Assembly: GCA_964270895.1 (NCBI GenBank)
Contig: OZ185445.1
Length of the DNA: 64,000 nucleotides
Origin: Podarcis filfolensis
Lineage: Eukaryota
Reading direction: 5' to 3' (one strand)
In this document: positions 52,460 through 63,497 of the stretch, one piece after another
Layout: every line of letters begins with the position of its first letter
How positions within the stretch are numbered: position 1 is the first letter of the stretch
Notes under the pieces: model-generated
Databases searched by the model: none
What the model was told of the DNA's origin: nothing
What the model saw: only the letters and a program-made list of their open reading frames with translations
Made by a program: the position numbers and the translations under genes

Positions 52460-53530
52460 CATTTTATTTCAACAATACACACACACACACTCATGGACTG
52501 TAATAAAACCTCCAAGTAGTTTGCAAGAGATATTAAATTATCGTTTTAAAACAAGTAATTAAAAACATTTAAAAGATTAAATTAAATTAAATTAAAATTC
52601 ACAGTAAAGAATTACAAGACGTCAACATGTATGTGTCTGGAGAGGCTTGCCTGATCAAAAATGTTTTAAGCAGGTGCTGAAAAAAGGTGTCTGCCTAGTC
52701 AATAGCTAAGGAAGTTTCAAAATGGTGCTGCTCCCACACTATAAGATCAATTTCTTACAACTGCAGAAGTCGTTTTATGTGGCACATGTGGCCCCTGTAA
52801 CAGTGCCAGGTCCGCAGATCAAAGCAGTCAAATGAGAGAAGGTGATCCTGCAAGTAAACTGGTCCCTAGCTGTTAAGGGCCTGTGGGTTAGGTAGGACCA
52901 GAACAACTGTGGCATAGTGTGCCCAATTTCCAGAAGGATACCATGGTATTGAAATCTGCAGAGAGATCAAGAAGAAGCAGCAGCAGCTAGGCAACACACA
53001 CCCTGTCTCACTCTCAGTCCCACGGCCAGGCCTGAAGACGGATTGGAATGGATTTAAATAAAAAGTTATTTGAGAATGGGTTACTGTGCCCAGACTATCT
53101 CCGTCCAACAGCAACCATAGCTGGGGATAAGCATGCCTCGCCACTGATGACACAAGGGTTTCAGTCAAAAGGTGGAATCTAGCCCCCAGGATATGCATGT
53201 TATTTCAGGCATAATGCAACCCTGTCAAGAACACTTAATTCCTGGACCCAGGATAACACAGCATCTGTATTATCAGGATTCAGTTTTGAATTTAGACACC
53301 CACGTCCAACTCATTGTAGTTACCAGACACTGGACCAGAATGTGCATGACCTCACCCGATTGAGATGACAAGAAATAGAGCAGGGTGTCATCAGTATAGT
53401 GGCAGCACCCAATATCCTACCAAATTTGGTAGCATATATGCGTGCCTGACAATTGTGACAGTTATTAACCTACCATTTCACTTCTGAGAACCGAGAGATA
53501 ATCTATACCACTTTAACCGTCCATGACACC
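52460..53530 (-). mobile_element. L2 LINE remnant including the RT catalytic region
   Basis: Minus-strand HYTDDTLLYF (YTDDT at 53398-53384; YADD-like), a following KLNPD-like block, and an L2-type 3' end near 52460-52600. Confidence 0.7.
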
Positions 53531-53820
53531 CAGAACAGGACACTGTAAGATACAGCAACTGACATTACCACTTGATTTACCGTAATCAAGTTACTCACTG
53601 TAACCTCAAGTCTGCATGGGTAAGTTATTAAATTTGTTGTAATATAATCCTTTGGAATCTCAGTGTTTCATCCTGCAAAAAGTTAAGTACATTTATCTAA
53701 GAGGATAGTTTTGAGATATGTTGCATAAAAGCCTTCCAAAATGCTAGAATCCCTGTGAAACTGTCAGCAAACATCATTTGTTACTGAAGAGTTAGCTGTG
53801 AAGTAGGAGAGTCCATAATT

Positions 53821-54520
53821 CACTGGTAGAACAGATACTTTGAATGCAGAAGGTCCCAGTTCAACCCTTGACTACTCCAGATAGGGCTTGGTAAAGACTC
53901 CAGTCTGAAAAACCATCCATGTAAACCAGAGATACAAGTAGTCAACACGATTGTGTCCAGATGTTATGGAACTACAAAAAATCCCCTTCCAGAACAGATC
54001 CTGCTCCTGTAATAAGAAAACACCAGATACAATACATCACATAATTTTGGATTGCCCTCTTCTTGACACCCTTTGCAGAGATCTCCTAGTGACTCCTGTA
54101 CAGCTTAAAATGTTGATTTACAAAGAGTCTGTAATCCAATATTTGTTGAGGGATAATACTCCCGAAACTACCAAGATTGTATTTAGCTGAGATTTTTAAA
54201 GCTAAATCTAAAATTGCCTGATTTACTCAATTGTGGCTATGTAGTCTTTTATATATTGTATGTGTTTGGATTCTTAGTGTATTTGTATGATTTTATGATT
54301 TTGTTATTTAAATTTATGCCAATAAAGGCCAAATAACAACTACAACTCCCATCATTACTGGTCATAGCCATGTAGGCTGGGGCTGATGGGAGTTGAAGTC
54401 CACAACGTCTAGATTACAACCATGTTGGATACAACCATGTTGGCTACCCCTAGTGTAGACAAAACTGAAGTAGATGAACCAACTGCCTGACTCAGTATAA
54501 GGTAGATTCCTGTGTCCTTA
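53821..54520 (+). mobile_element. Nested cluster: SINE head, LINE 3' fragment with CCHC-like motif, MITE remnant, SINE tail
   Basis: SINE head 53821-53935; ORF 53951-54190 containing CSC-x5-TIHHIILDCP; 3' UTR ending tgccaataaagg; actacaactcccatca hairpin; SINE tail gtgtagacaaaactgaagtagatg...ctcagtataagg. Confidence 0.55.
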
Positions 54521-57500
54521 TGTGAAGGAATTGACATCTTTTAATGAAGGGTTTTTTGGGGGGAGGGGGCAGCAGGGGAAAGGAAAGGAAGGGGAAATGT
54601 TATTGGCACAGGCAGAATTCCATTGTGCAAATGGACTGACACACTTGAATGTCACCCAGTGATTTTTTGTTTGTTTCTTAGGAAGCACGTGCAACAAGAT
54701 AAATAAGAAAAAAGTAGGGTAAATTTCAACTAGTGCCCCCTCACACAGAGCTCTTTTGTTTGCCAGCTGACTATTCATGGTAAAAACAAGTACACAAGGT
54801 CAAGTCTAGTGCTGCTGCTCTGCTTTCCTTCAGTGTTATAGTTACTATGCTGAGAAGTTGGATCAGCAAGTCAAGGAATGCTCATCTTAATACAGTATAC
54901 CTGACCTTTCTACAAAAGAACTGGGGCATATCATTTTCCACTAGGAAAACGTATACAATTGGCAATACAAATCCCATATTAAATCCTAAAAATATTTTAA
55001 AGTGTATGTAGCACGTATGCCAGAGTTATTTTAGCTTCCTTCCAGTTTTGATGTTAGCACTCTAACCTCACCTACAAATAGAAAAGTTTTCCCCTGGTTA
55101 AACTTTTGTTGCTCTACCTCCTGTAATAACTTAAAAGACACATTATGAACAGATGGGCACCTTATGCTAAAAATATATGTTTATACCTGCATTTGCTTAT
55201 GGCCATTTCACACATGACCCTTCCCTGCCATGGGTACAGAGAAAAAAGGGGGAAAGAAAGAAAAAGCACAGCCATCATGCACCACCAGTCCAAATGGGTG
55301 TATTGTGCTATGGCTAAAATAAGTGGCTGTTTTAGTGGTGCACCCTTATTAGTTATTTCAGCCATTTAAATATTTTAGTAAATTAACTATTTGGTGCTTT
55401 AATCTGAATATATGTTATATGCTGCCTCTCCTCCTGGAAAGCGACTTTGAGAAAACTAATGGCTTCTCTGAAATATAAGGCAGTATACGATTTAACAAAT
55501 ATTACCACACATTGCTTTAACATTGCCTTTCTCCAGTTTGAAAGTACAGCACATGCCCTATTAAAAAGTAACAAACCAAAATACTTTTTTTTTAAAAAAA
55601 GACAAGGCTATCAGTATAGTGGAAAATCCATTGAAGAGAGGCAAATATACAGTTCATCCAACCATTGTTGGATTCAGCCATCTGCTCTTACTGTTAGAAA
55701 GAAAGCAACTATAGTGCCACTTTGAATGACAAATTATTTTTTATTATATTGAGATACCAGCTTAATGGAACCTATCGCGGGGGAACAGGGAGTTAAATGC
55801 AGCTTGTGCACAGACAAAAACTAGACAACTTGTTCTGAATCTGAAGGTAGCAACACAGTTATTTTTCTTTAGATCAGGTAAACTGCAACCCTGGGAAAAT
55901 GTTATTAACATGTAATCTATTTATATTTTACTGACACATTTGTTGAAGGCTGATTTCAAAATAACCTTACTTTGCTCCCTAGACGCTTTTTTTTTTAGTT
56001 TAAAAATACCAAGTGCCCTTCCTTAGGCCAGACAAAGGCAATTTAAATTTAGATGTGCATATTTATGTGCAGTTGTGGGAATCACTCTTTCAGTAAGGTT
56101 TAAAGTTGTATGTTAATTGCAGTAAGACAGCTCACATTAGCTCACAGCGACTTAAAAAAAAATATAGACCAATGATTTGAGTAAAATGAAAACTGACACC
56201 AACATTTAGTTGGTGTTATATGGACATATAAAAACAGCTTCTTACTTTAAGTAACAATTTTAAGATATTCTGGCCACTCAACGTGCTCATAAAGCTGCTG
56301 CTGAAACAGCACAAGCAAACAGCCCAAATAAAACTTCTCACTTTTACAGAGCAATCCAGCTTCTCCCATAGGAATCGTAACTCTGGACACAATCCAGCCA
56401 GTTAAGCACTCTCCGCATTGATTTCAGTGAACAAGAATTAAAAATGTGGTTGTAATCCTATGCACTTTCTAGAGAGTAAATTCTACTGAACAGGACTTAA
56501 GTGTTGGCCAAAGATGATTCAGACTATGCTGCAAATCTATCCTATTAACAGAAAACTGGACTTTAACTTAACTTTCGTTGGATAATGCTCTTTGAGGGAA
56601 ACAGCTTTGAAAGTTGCATTAGGGACAAACTCAACTGTAAATAATGTGTAAATACAATCTTATAAAACACACATACACCACTTATGAACCAGAGTCTGTG
56701 AAGACCTAATGCAATCATTAAAATGCCAGCATCTGTTAAGTTTCATTTACCTGGACATCTGTGGGAATATCTACATGTTCACGGTAGCAGAGTGCCAGTG
56801 CTGGTCTTGGATATTTTGGCATCTGTTGCAAAACGTTAAAATCACACTTGCAAAGCCCTTAGCACCTTTCAATGAGCTTCTCACCAACAACAGATGTCAA
56901 CCAGCTCTTGTTCACAGGACTTTAATGGGGAGCCAAGCCTGGAGGGGTGGAGGAGTAGAAGTATGTGGCACTGCAAAAACCCAGGTGCTTTGCTGTTTTC
57001 CCCCGCCTCCCATGTTTATGTGAAGCAACACAGGACAGACACTTCTAAAATTAACAGCTGCTGAGACTCACAGCGGCAAGTCACATATTTGTCTTAATTG
57101 GCATGGCATTTCAATTGCTAGCTGTACACCTGTACTGCTTTCAATATAAGTAAGATTTAGTCAAGATGCTCAGAATGGATGTGGCACCCACAGGGAAAGA
57201 ATCCCCATTGCTTTCCCCCTTACACTTGGAAACCACCCATTTCCCCCATTTTGTTATTATTAAATGTTTATACATTACAAATAATGCTATGAACAATAGA
57301 AAAATCAAACAAAATGCAGATATAAGGTAATTGGATACACAAATATAACATCAAACAAAATTTACAGAACTGTATATGTGAATATTATCTCATTATTTAT
57401 AAATGCTATTTTAGGTCACAGAAATATAAAGACCTTATTGGAACATGAGTAATAAAAGTTGTTTATGTATATTGTCAGCAAATATTGCTATATGTCCCCT

Positions 57501-57638
57501 ACCATATACTTTGTACTTTGTTACTGGAGTAGAGGAAAAACAGACTCAGTTTTTCCCATTAATTTATAATATTTTTGTCTGCCTTTTCCTTAACCTTCTC
57601 AAATTTCTCTATGTGTCCATATAACCCAGGGAACAATG

Positions 57639-57640
<2 letters not shown>

Positions 57641-57674
<34 letters not shown>
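57641..57674. repeat. (AC)17 microsatellite upstream of the granzyme promoter
   Basis: Read directly; ends 138 bp before the TATA box. Confidence 0.95.
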
Positions 57675-57678
<4 letters not shown>

Positions 57679-57780
57679 CAACAACAACTGTGCATGATAA
57701 TTTTGCTATTATTGATCTTGGCTAGGAGAGGGGCAAAAGGTAGAATAATTTGAGGCGGGAAAAGAGAAAGAAAGAAAAAA

Positions 57781-57820
57781 ACCCACAGCTCACTTCCTTC
57801 AGATAGTCAACCTATATATA
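57781..57820 (+). promoter_or_regulatory. Putative granzyme proximal promoter: RUNX-like ACCCACA, ETS core ACTTCCT, TATA box TATATATA
   Basis: ACCCACA at 57781-57787, ACTTCCT at 57792-57798, TATATATA at 57813-57820, 44 bp before the ATG at 57865. Confidence 0.6.
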
Positions 57821-57864
57821 GCAGGCACATGTTCTGAAGGGGACTCAAAGCAGTTACCAGCACC

Positions 57865-57925
57865 ATGGGGCTTTTCTTGGTTTTGTCCTTCTCGGCGACT
57901 TATTTTCTCTTCAAAATTCAGACTG
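57865..57925 (+). CDS. GZMA: Granzyme exon 1, signal peptide ([21 protein letters not shown])
   Basis: Strong Kozak gcaccATGG, hydrophobic peptide, phase-1 GTAAGT donor matching the phase of exon 2; TATA box about 45 bp upstream. Not in the ORF track. Confidence 0.85.
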
Positions 57926-60900
57926 GTAAGTTAGTTCTACATCTGTTTTGTCTTCCCTCAGCAACACATTCAGTGTAAGGAAAACAGGGCTGGCTTCAGA
58001 TTCATGGGATTTCTGATATCCCTCAATACCTGCATTCTACAAGACTTACCTCCCTCTTGTCAAGTTTGCAAAACTTGGCTGTCCAGCCATTCCCTATTTG
58101 AAGGAGTTACCACTGACTGATAATGGCAAGTAGGTAGAACCTGTGCTGCTGTTAAAAGATTTCAAATTCAGGCAGATAAGCTGGCATGTTGGTAAGTTCA
58201 GAACATGCATTGAAAGGGGCAAATATGGCCACAGAAAGTGTTGCAGCAGAGGCAATTCTACTGCAAACAGTGTGCTCCAAAAAGGGATGTCATGGCAGCT
58301 AGGCGAGAGCTAGGCAAGCCATGGATCCAGCTTCTGGAGAAGGGCTGATTTGGGCACCTCTGCATGGAGCTAGTACAGCAAAAAAAAAAAATTAAAAAAT
58401 AAAAAAAAAAAATTGCAGAAGCTGTCCACCTTACACTGTGGCTGGCAAGAAGTACCTTCAAGCCACTAGTTAAGACTGCTCTGCCAGAGCAAAACTTTAT
58501 TTTGCTTCTCTACATAATTTATATCCCACACTTGCAGCAGAAATGTATGTTTCCAGGGCAGCTAATGAAGTAGCATAATAAATGTGCAATACTTTTGAAA
58601 AATGAAATAAAGGATACAAAGGAAAACAGGAAGAGTCCATTCAATTAGACTGCAAACTCATAATTAATCTAAATTAAAATTTAGCAGTTCTTAAAGCCTA
58701 GGAAAATGGAATTTTTTTGCCTGGCACCTGTATTAAATTGACTATAATAAATTCAAGACAGAAGGGACAGAGCTACTTCCAATTGCTGGGGGATGGATGT
58801 TATCTGAAAAACCTACCCTGCAAGAAGAAAATAAGCACATCAGGCAGAGAGGTTTTAGCCTAGCACTACCTCTGTCATGCTAGCTTTCTACTTGCAGGGA
58901 GCTTTTGAAGTACAGTATGTCAGAGGGATTTTAAAAATGTGATCACCTCTTCCATCTGAAATGTTACAGATTATCCACTTTTCCCCACTTCATTCTGCTG
59001 CATCTGTAAAGCTAGACAAAAAGAGAACGAGAAAACAAGCAGACTGAAAAAGGTTTAAGCATATATAAATTCCTTGTAAACTATTGCTATTTAGGTACTT
59101 ACTATTTACTAAATCTTTGTTATTTTAATGGGACTTGGGCCCACCCAACATTTTGTTTATAGCATCTGGAAAGTATAACACCACAGAAAAGAATTATCAG
59201 TTCTATGTCAATGTTCTATTTTCAATCATATGGCCAAAGTCCCATGTAGTTGGGATGAAAAATAAAACCCTTTTCCTTGCTGGGGTTTTTACTCAAGAGA
59301 AGATCCATTGAAATTAATGGCAATTAACTTCAGTCACTTAATCCCGATGGGTCTACCCTGAGTAACAGCTGGTTGACTACAATTGTGGGTCTCCCAATCC
59401 CACAGGGATTACTTCTGGGCCGCTGCATGGATGTGATGCAGGCTCATAAACGTTGCAGGCTATCTGTCATCAACTTTTGTGGGAACAGCATTTAAATGTT
59501 TGCATGCCCATGCAATCACACCATTGCAGTTTTGAGCAGCGACTATGCCAAAAGTGTTTGAATTAGGCTTCAGGAGCATTAACTGATGTCCTAATATCCA
59601 GCATGCCATTGAATCGACATAAAATTCCATTGATGTGCCTATCAGCATGTGCTTTAACACAATTACATTAACCTTTAATCTGAAGCACAGCATATATAAC
59701 ACAATTTGATTAGTGTGTCTTATTTCTACTTAGGTCAATCTACAGATATAATTGGGGGCAAAGAATCAGTTCCACACTCAAGACCTTATATGGCTGCCCT
59801 CATTATACGTGTTGAAGGTAACACATCCTTATGCGGAGGTACTTTGATTAAAAGGAACTGGGTGTTAACAGCAGCTCATTGTTTTCCGTAAGTATAGAGA
59901 AGTATGTCTATTCTTCAGAGTTCTTCCTGGTATAGTTTTGCATGGCCCTTTAGGCAAGCCCTTTAGTTGTTATTCTGTCAGGTCACAGCCTTTGCCTCCT
60001 AGTGTGAGCTGCTAGTAGCAGCTGCCTGCTGTAAGATCCAAGAAAATGAGAATGGCAAGAAAATCCAGTAGATCAGGGTTGGGTAACTTGTGGTACTCAA
60101 GACTAGATGTTGCAGGACTCCAACTTTCATCAGCCTCAGCCACCCTGGCCAGTATAGTCAGTAATGATGGGAGTTGTAATCCAGCAACATCCAAAAGGCC
60201 ACAGGTCGTTAGCCACTCTGCAGTAAATCATGGATTCTTGACTTAAGTGCAATGTGATATTGCAGTGCGGGTTGAAAATCTGGGAAACATTTTGTTTTGT
60301 GGTCCCAAGTTCAAAGCAGTGCAGATTATTATGAAGTTAACACTTTTACAAAGGACACACAATTGCATGTCACTTGACTACTTAGTATTTGTGGCTGATT
60401 CACAAAGGCATGCACATAAATTTGATTTTCCAGTGCTTGAAGGATTAACTTGATAACTCACAGCTCAATGTGTACGCTTTATCCAGTGGCGTAGCGTGGG
60501 GGTGCAGGGGGGGCCGGCCGCACCGGGCGCAACATCTGGGGGTTAGGGTTAGGGGGCGCAAATCCACGGGTTAGGGGGCGCAAATTACTTGCCTTGCCCT
60601 GGGTGCTGACAACCCACGCTACGCCACTGGCTTTATCTGTGGTGTTTAATCTGTAATGGCTCACATCACATGTGCAAGTCAACACTTCATTATGATCGAA
60701 GATGAAGATGATTCCAGTAGGAATGTAACACACACCCGGTTATTGTACTAGTCAATATACTGAAACCTGTAGGTAATTTACTGGTACAAAGCTGTGGCAG
60801 TTATTTTACAAGAGAAGTGGTGAAGATGTTTTATCAGCTAGCAAACTCCTGCAAATAACTTCTCCAGAGTTCCTCGAGCTTGATTTCAAGGACGGGGGAA

Positions 60901-63497
60901 CAGAACCTTTTATGGACCCACGTTCATAGTGTTAAAACAGTAGAGAAGATTTAATGAACTACTTTATAAAAATATTGAGTGAATGTAGCTGTTTTTAACT
61001 TCTAGAAGTCTTAACTTGATAGGTGTAGAGCAGTGTTTGCAAATGGGGGCCATATACTCCCCCAGGGGCCTCCAGGATATTCCAAGAGGGCCCCAGGTGA
61101 AAAATCTTTTCAGGTCAATTCAAAGGCCAAAGCTATTCAGTGGAGGAGTCAGATGCACCTCTGTTTGAGGGGGAATTCCACAGCTTAGGGCAGTGGTTCT
61201 CAACCAGTGTGCTGTGGCATCCTGGGGTGCCTTGAATGATGGCCAGGGGTGCTGTGGGCAATACTGGCTTCTGTCCCTCTTTCCTTCCCTTCCTCCTCTG
61301 ATGCCCTCTTGCATCCCTGCCTCCCAAAGGCTTGCACAGCTGATCATTGCAGCAGTCCTGGCTACAAGCTCCCCCAGTGAATGATGCCTGTGGGGCTGGC
61401 CAGGGAGCGCTTCCCAGGCCCCTATGGGGCAGTGGCAGGGCGCAGCAACTAAGAGACCAGGGGCGGCAACTGTGGCTGCCCAGAGGACTCCCAAGGAGAG
61501 GGGAGGAGGAGGCTGAGGAAACACTCCACAAGGGAGTGTGTTTGAAAAAAGGGTGAGAGGCTGCCAGCTCTGCAGGCAAGGGTGACATAACTGGGCTCCT
61601 GAGCCCCACAGGGATGCCGCAGAAAGAATGTAGTTGGTCAAGGGAGCCGTGTACTCAAAAAGGTTGAAAACCTCTGGCTTAAGGTCTCCTACAGAGAATA
61701 CCATCTTCTGGGCTACCATCTATTGAACTTCTAAGGGCAACAGCACTACCAAGAGGAATATCTACTGATCTTAACAGCCAAGAGCATCTGTTGGGAAGGA
61801 GGCAGTCTTTCAGATATTATGACGTATTCTGTATCAGGAAACAAATGCTGGCTTTCCATTCATACCTTTCTGTGCAATGCCCACAAGACTTTGGCTTCTC
61901 AACCACACAGTAAACAATGGGGTATTATATCCTGTACTACTTATATAGACGATTAAGTTCAAAATGGATAAAAAACAGCAAAATCTTACACGTTTATTCA
62001 GAAGGGCCATTGTGTCTAGTGGGGCTTACTCCTAAGTATGTTTCAGACTGCAGCCTAAGTATGCAGTATGCAGAGTGTGAAATGTACCGTATGACAACAC
62101 AGACTCAAGAATATTGTGTAAAGCCACAGGAGAGTGCAAAACAAATATTAATGCACTTGCTGGAAGCAAATGTTGATCAAATCTTTGATCTTTTTTTATC
62201 TTTTCAGAAAAGAAAGGAAAAAATCAATTCCACAAGCAATAGTTTTTCTTGGTGCTCATTCACTAACTGGAAAACAACAACAACAGCGCATTAAAATTAT
62301 TGGAAGATATGGTCACCCACAATATAATGAAAAGACAATGGAAAATGATATTATGCTTTTGAAGGTACTTTTAAATGGAATGTGAATATTCTGGGGGCAA
62401 AAATAAATTTTATACTTATCTTTCTAAATATCTTTCTTGTCAAGTGAATTGGATGCCTTAAATTTTAAATAGGCAACAGTGTAATCAATGCACATATCTA
62501 CTCAGAGGTAAGCCCCACAGAGTTCAATGGGAAACATATTACAGCCTTAGTTGGTTATTCAACTAGAAAGCATAGGAAAGTGTTAGTGTTATTCTTTGGC
62601 AAAATTAGTGATCATCATCTGGCTGTTCTTATTCAGCCTGCTTAGTTATATGAGTTTTCCTGGGAGACTTGCCAAAGCCTGAGCTTAAGCAACTTCTACA
62701 AGAAGCATAAAGCAGAGCTTCCTCCTCTTTAGTCTCAATATTGCTCTTGTAGAACTCAGCAATAAGGACTGATCCAAAAATAGAATTAGTTGGCTCTGCT
62801 TGTCATTGGCTCCACCTACTGTTGGTCTCCCAGCCCTCAGCTCTACCAAGCCCAATGGGCGCCACTGACATGTCATTAGAGACTGATGTTTGGTTTCTCC
62901 TACAGATTATTTTTTTAAGTAGCTGAAGGCTGAATCATTTAGATAACTCATTATCATATAGTATAATAGTAATATTGTGCAGGTGCGGGTGTGTAGTTAA
63001 GCAGGTAGGGCTTTCTGATCTTGGAACTGTTAATTCCTGATTCTTTGATCATCTGTAGTAACGCTACCTGTTTGTCACTGAATCATTAGGAGAAACAAAT
63101 GTACATTATATTACAAATATGTTATAGGTCTTACAATGTACTATAAAATAAAAGGAAGTCTAAAATGAGATTATTCAATTGTGCTCTGTTTATAAGTACT
63201 CTTTCCCTTTATTCTTCTTTTAAGATGGAGAAAAGTGCGAAGACTGACCAACATGTCAAATGCATTGAGCTTCCTAGCACTTCCAATGATGTTGAGGCAG
63301 GAACACAGTGTCTAGTAGCTGGGTGGGGAATTACTGATAACAAAAGCAGGAATATATCCACTATGCTTCGTGAAGTTAATGTCACTGTTATTCAGAGAAG
63401 TGTCTGCAATGATGAGAATCACTATAAGCATTCGATGTATGTGACAAGTAACATGTTGTGTGCAGGAGATGACAAGGGAGGAAAAGATGCTTGTGTG
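57865..63497 (+). CDS. GZMA: Granzyme A-like trypsin-type serine protease, exons 1-4 (215 codons). Exon 5 with the catalytic Ser lies beyond the window.
   Basis: Exons 57865-57925, 59734-59887, 62208-62364 and 63225-63497 join in frame with the granule-protease phase pattern (1,2,0,0). They encode a signal peptide, a TD dipeptide before [12 protein letters not shown], His57 (LTAAHC), Asp102 (NDIMLLK), VAGWG, CNDENHY (GZMA-like rather than GZMK-like by recall) and Asp189 (GGKDAC). The A-versus-K assignment needs a phylogeny. Confidence 0.85.
59734..59887 (+). CDS. GZMA: Granzyme exon 2 (QSTD|[46 protein letters not shown]; His57)
   Basis: acttAG acceptor, GTAAGT donor; 154 nt. Confidence 0.95.
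60074..60220. mobile_element. Older palindromic hAT-type MITE in granzyme intron 2
   Basis: CAGGGTTGG.../...CCACTCTG ends; TSD CAGTAGAT / CAGTAAAT (1 mismatch). Confidence 0.75.
60484..60629. mobile_element. Very young GC-rich hAT-type MITE with TTAGGG motifs in granzyme intron 2
   Basis: Perfect 17-bp TIRs CAGTGGCGTAGCGTGGG; perfect 8-bp TSD GCTTTATC at 60476-60483 and 60630-60637. Confidence 0.93.
61191..61676. mobile_element. hAT (Charlie-like) non-autonomous element inserted into an L2 remnant
   Basis: TIRs CAGTGGTTCTCAACC / CAGAGGTTTTCAACC; TSD GCTTAGGG / GCTTAAGG. The flanks (gaattccacagc... and ...ggaggcagtctttcagata) resemble antisense L2 sequence. Confidence 0.8.
62208..62364 (+). 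CDS. GZMA: Granzyme exon 3 ([52 protein letters not shown]; Asp102)
   Basis: tttcAG acceptor, GTACTT donor; 157 nt; phase fits exon 2. Confidence 0.93.
63225..63497 (+). CDS. GZMA: Granzyme exon 4 ([17 protein letters not shown]...CLVAGWG...CNDENHY...[15 protein letters not shown]; Asp189)
   Basis: tttaAG acceptor, GTAAGA donor; 273 nt. Confidence 0.95.

Noticed and set aside
61120-61719. Longest ORF in the track (199 aa) and the overlapping 158-aa ORF
   Set aside because: They lie almost entirely within a GC-rich, TIR/TSD-bounded non-autonomous hAT element. There are no transposase motifs, so these are stop-poor chance frames.
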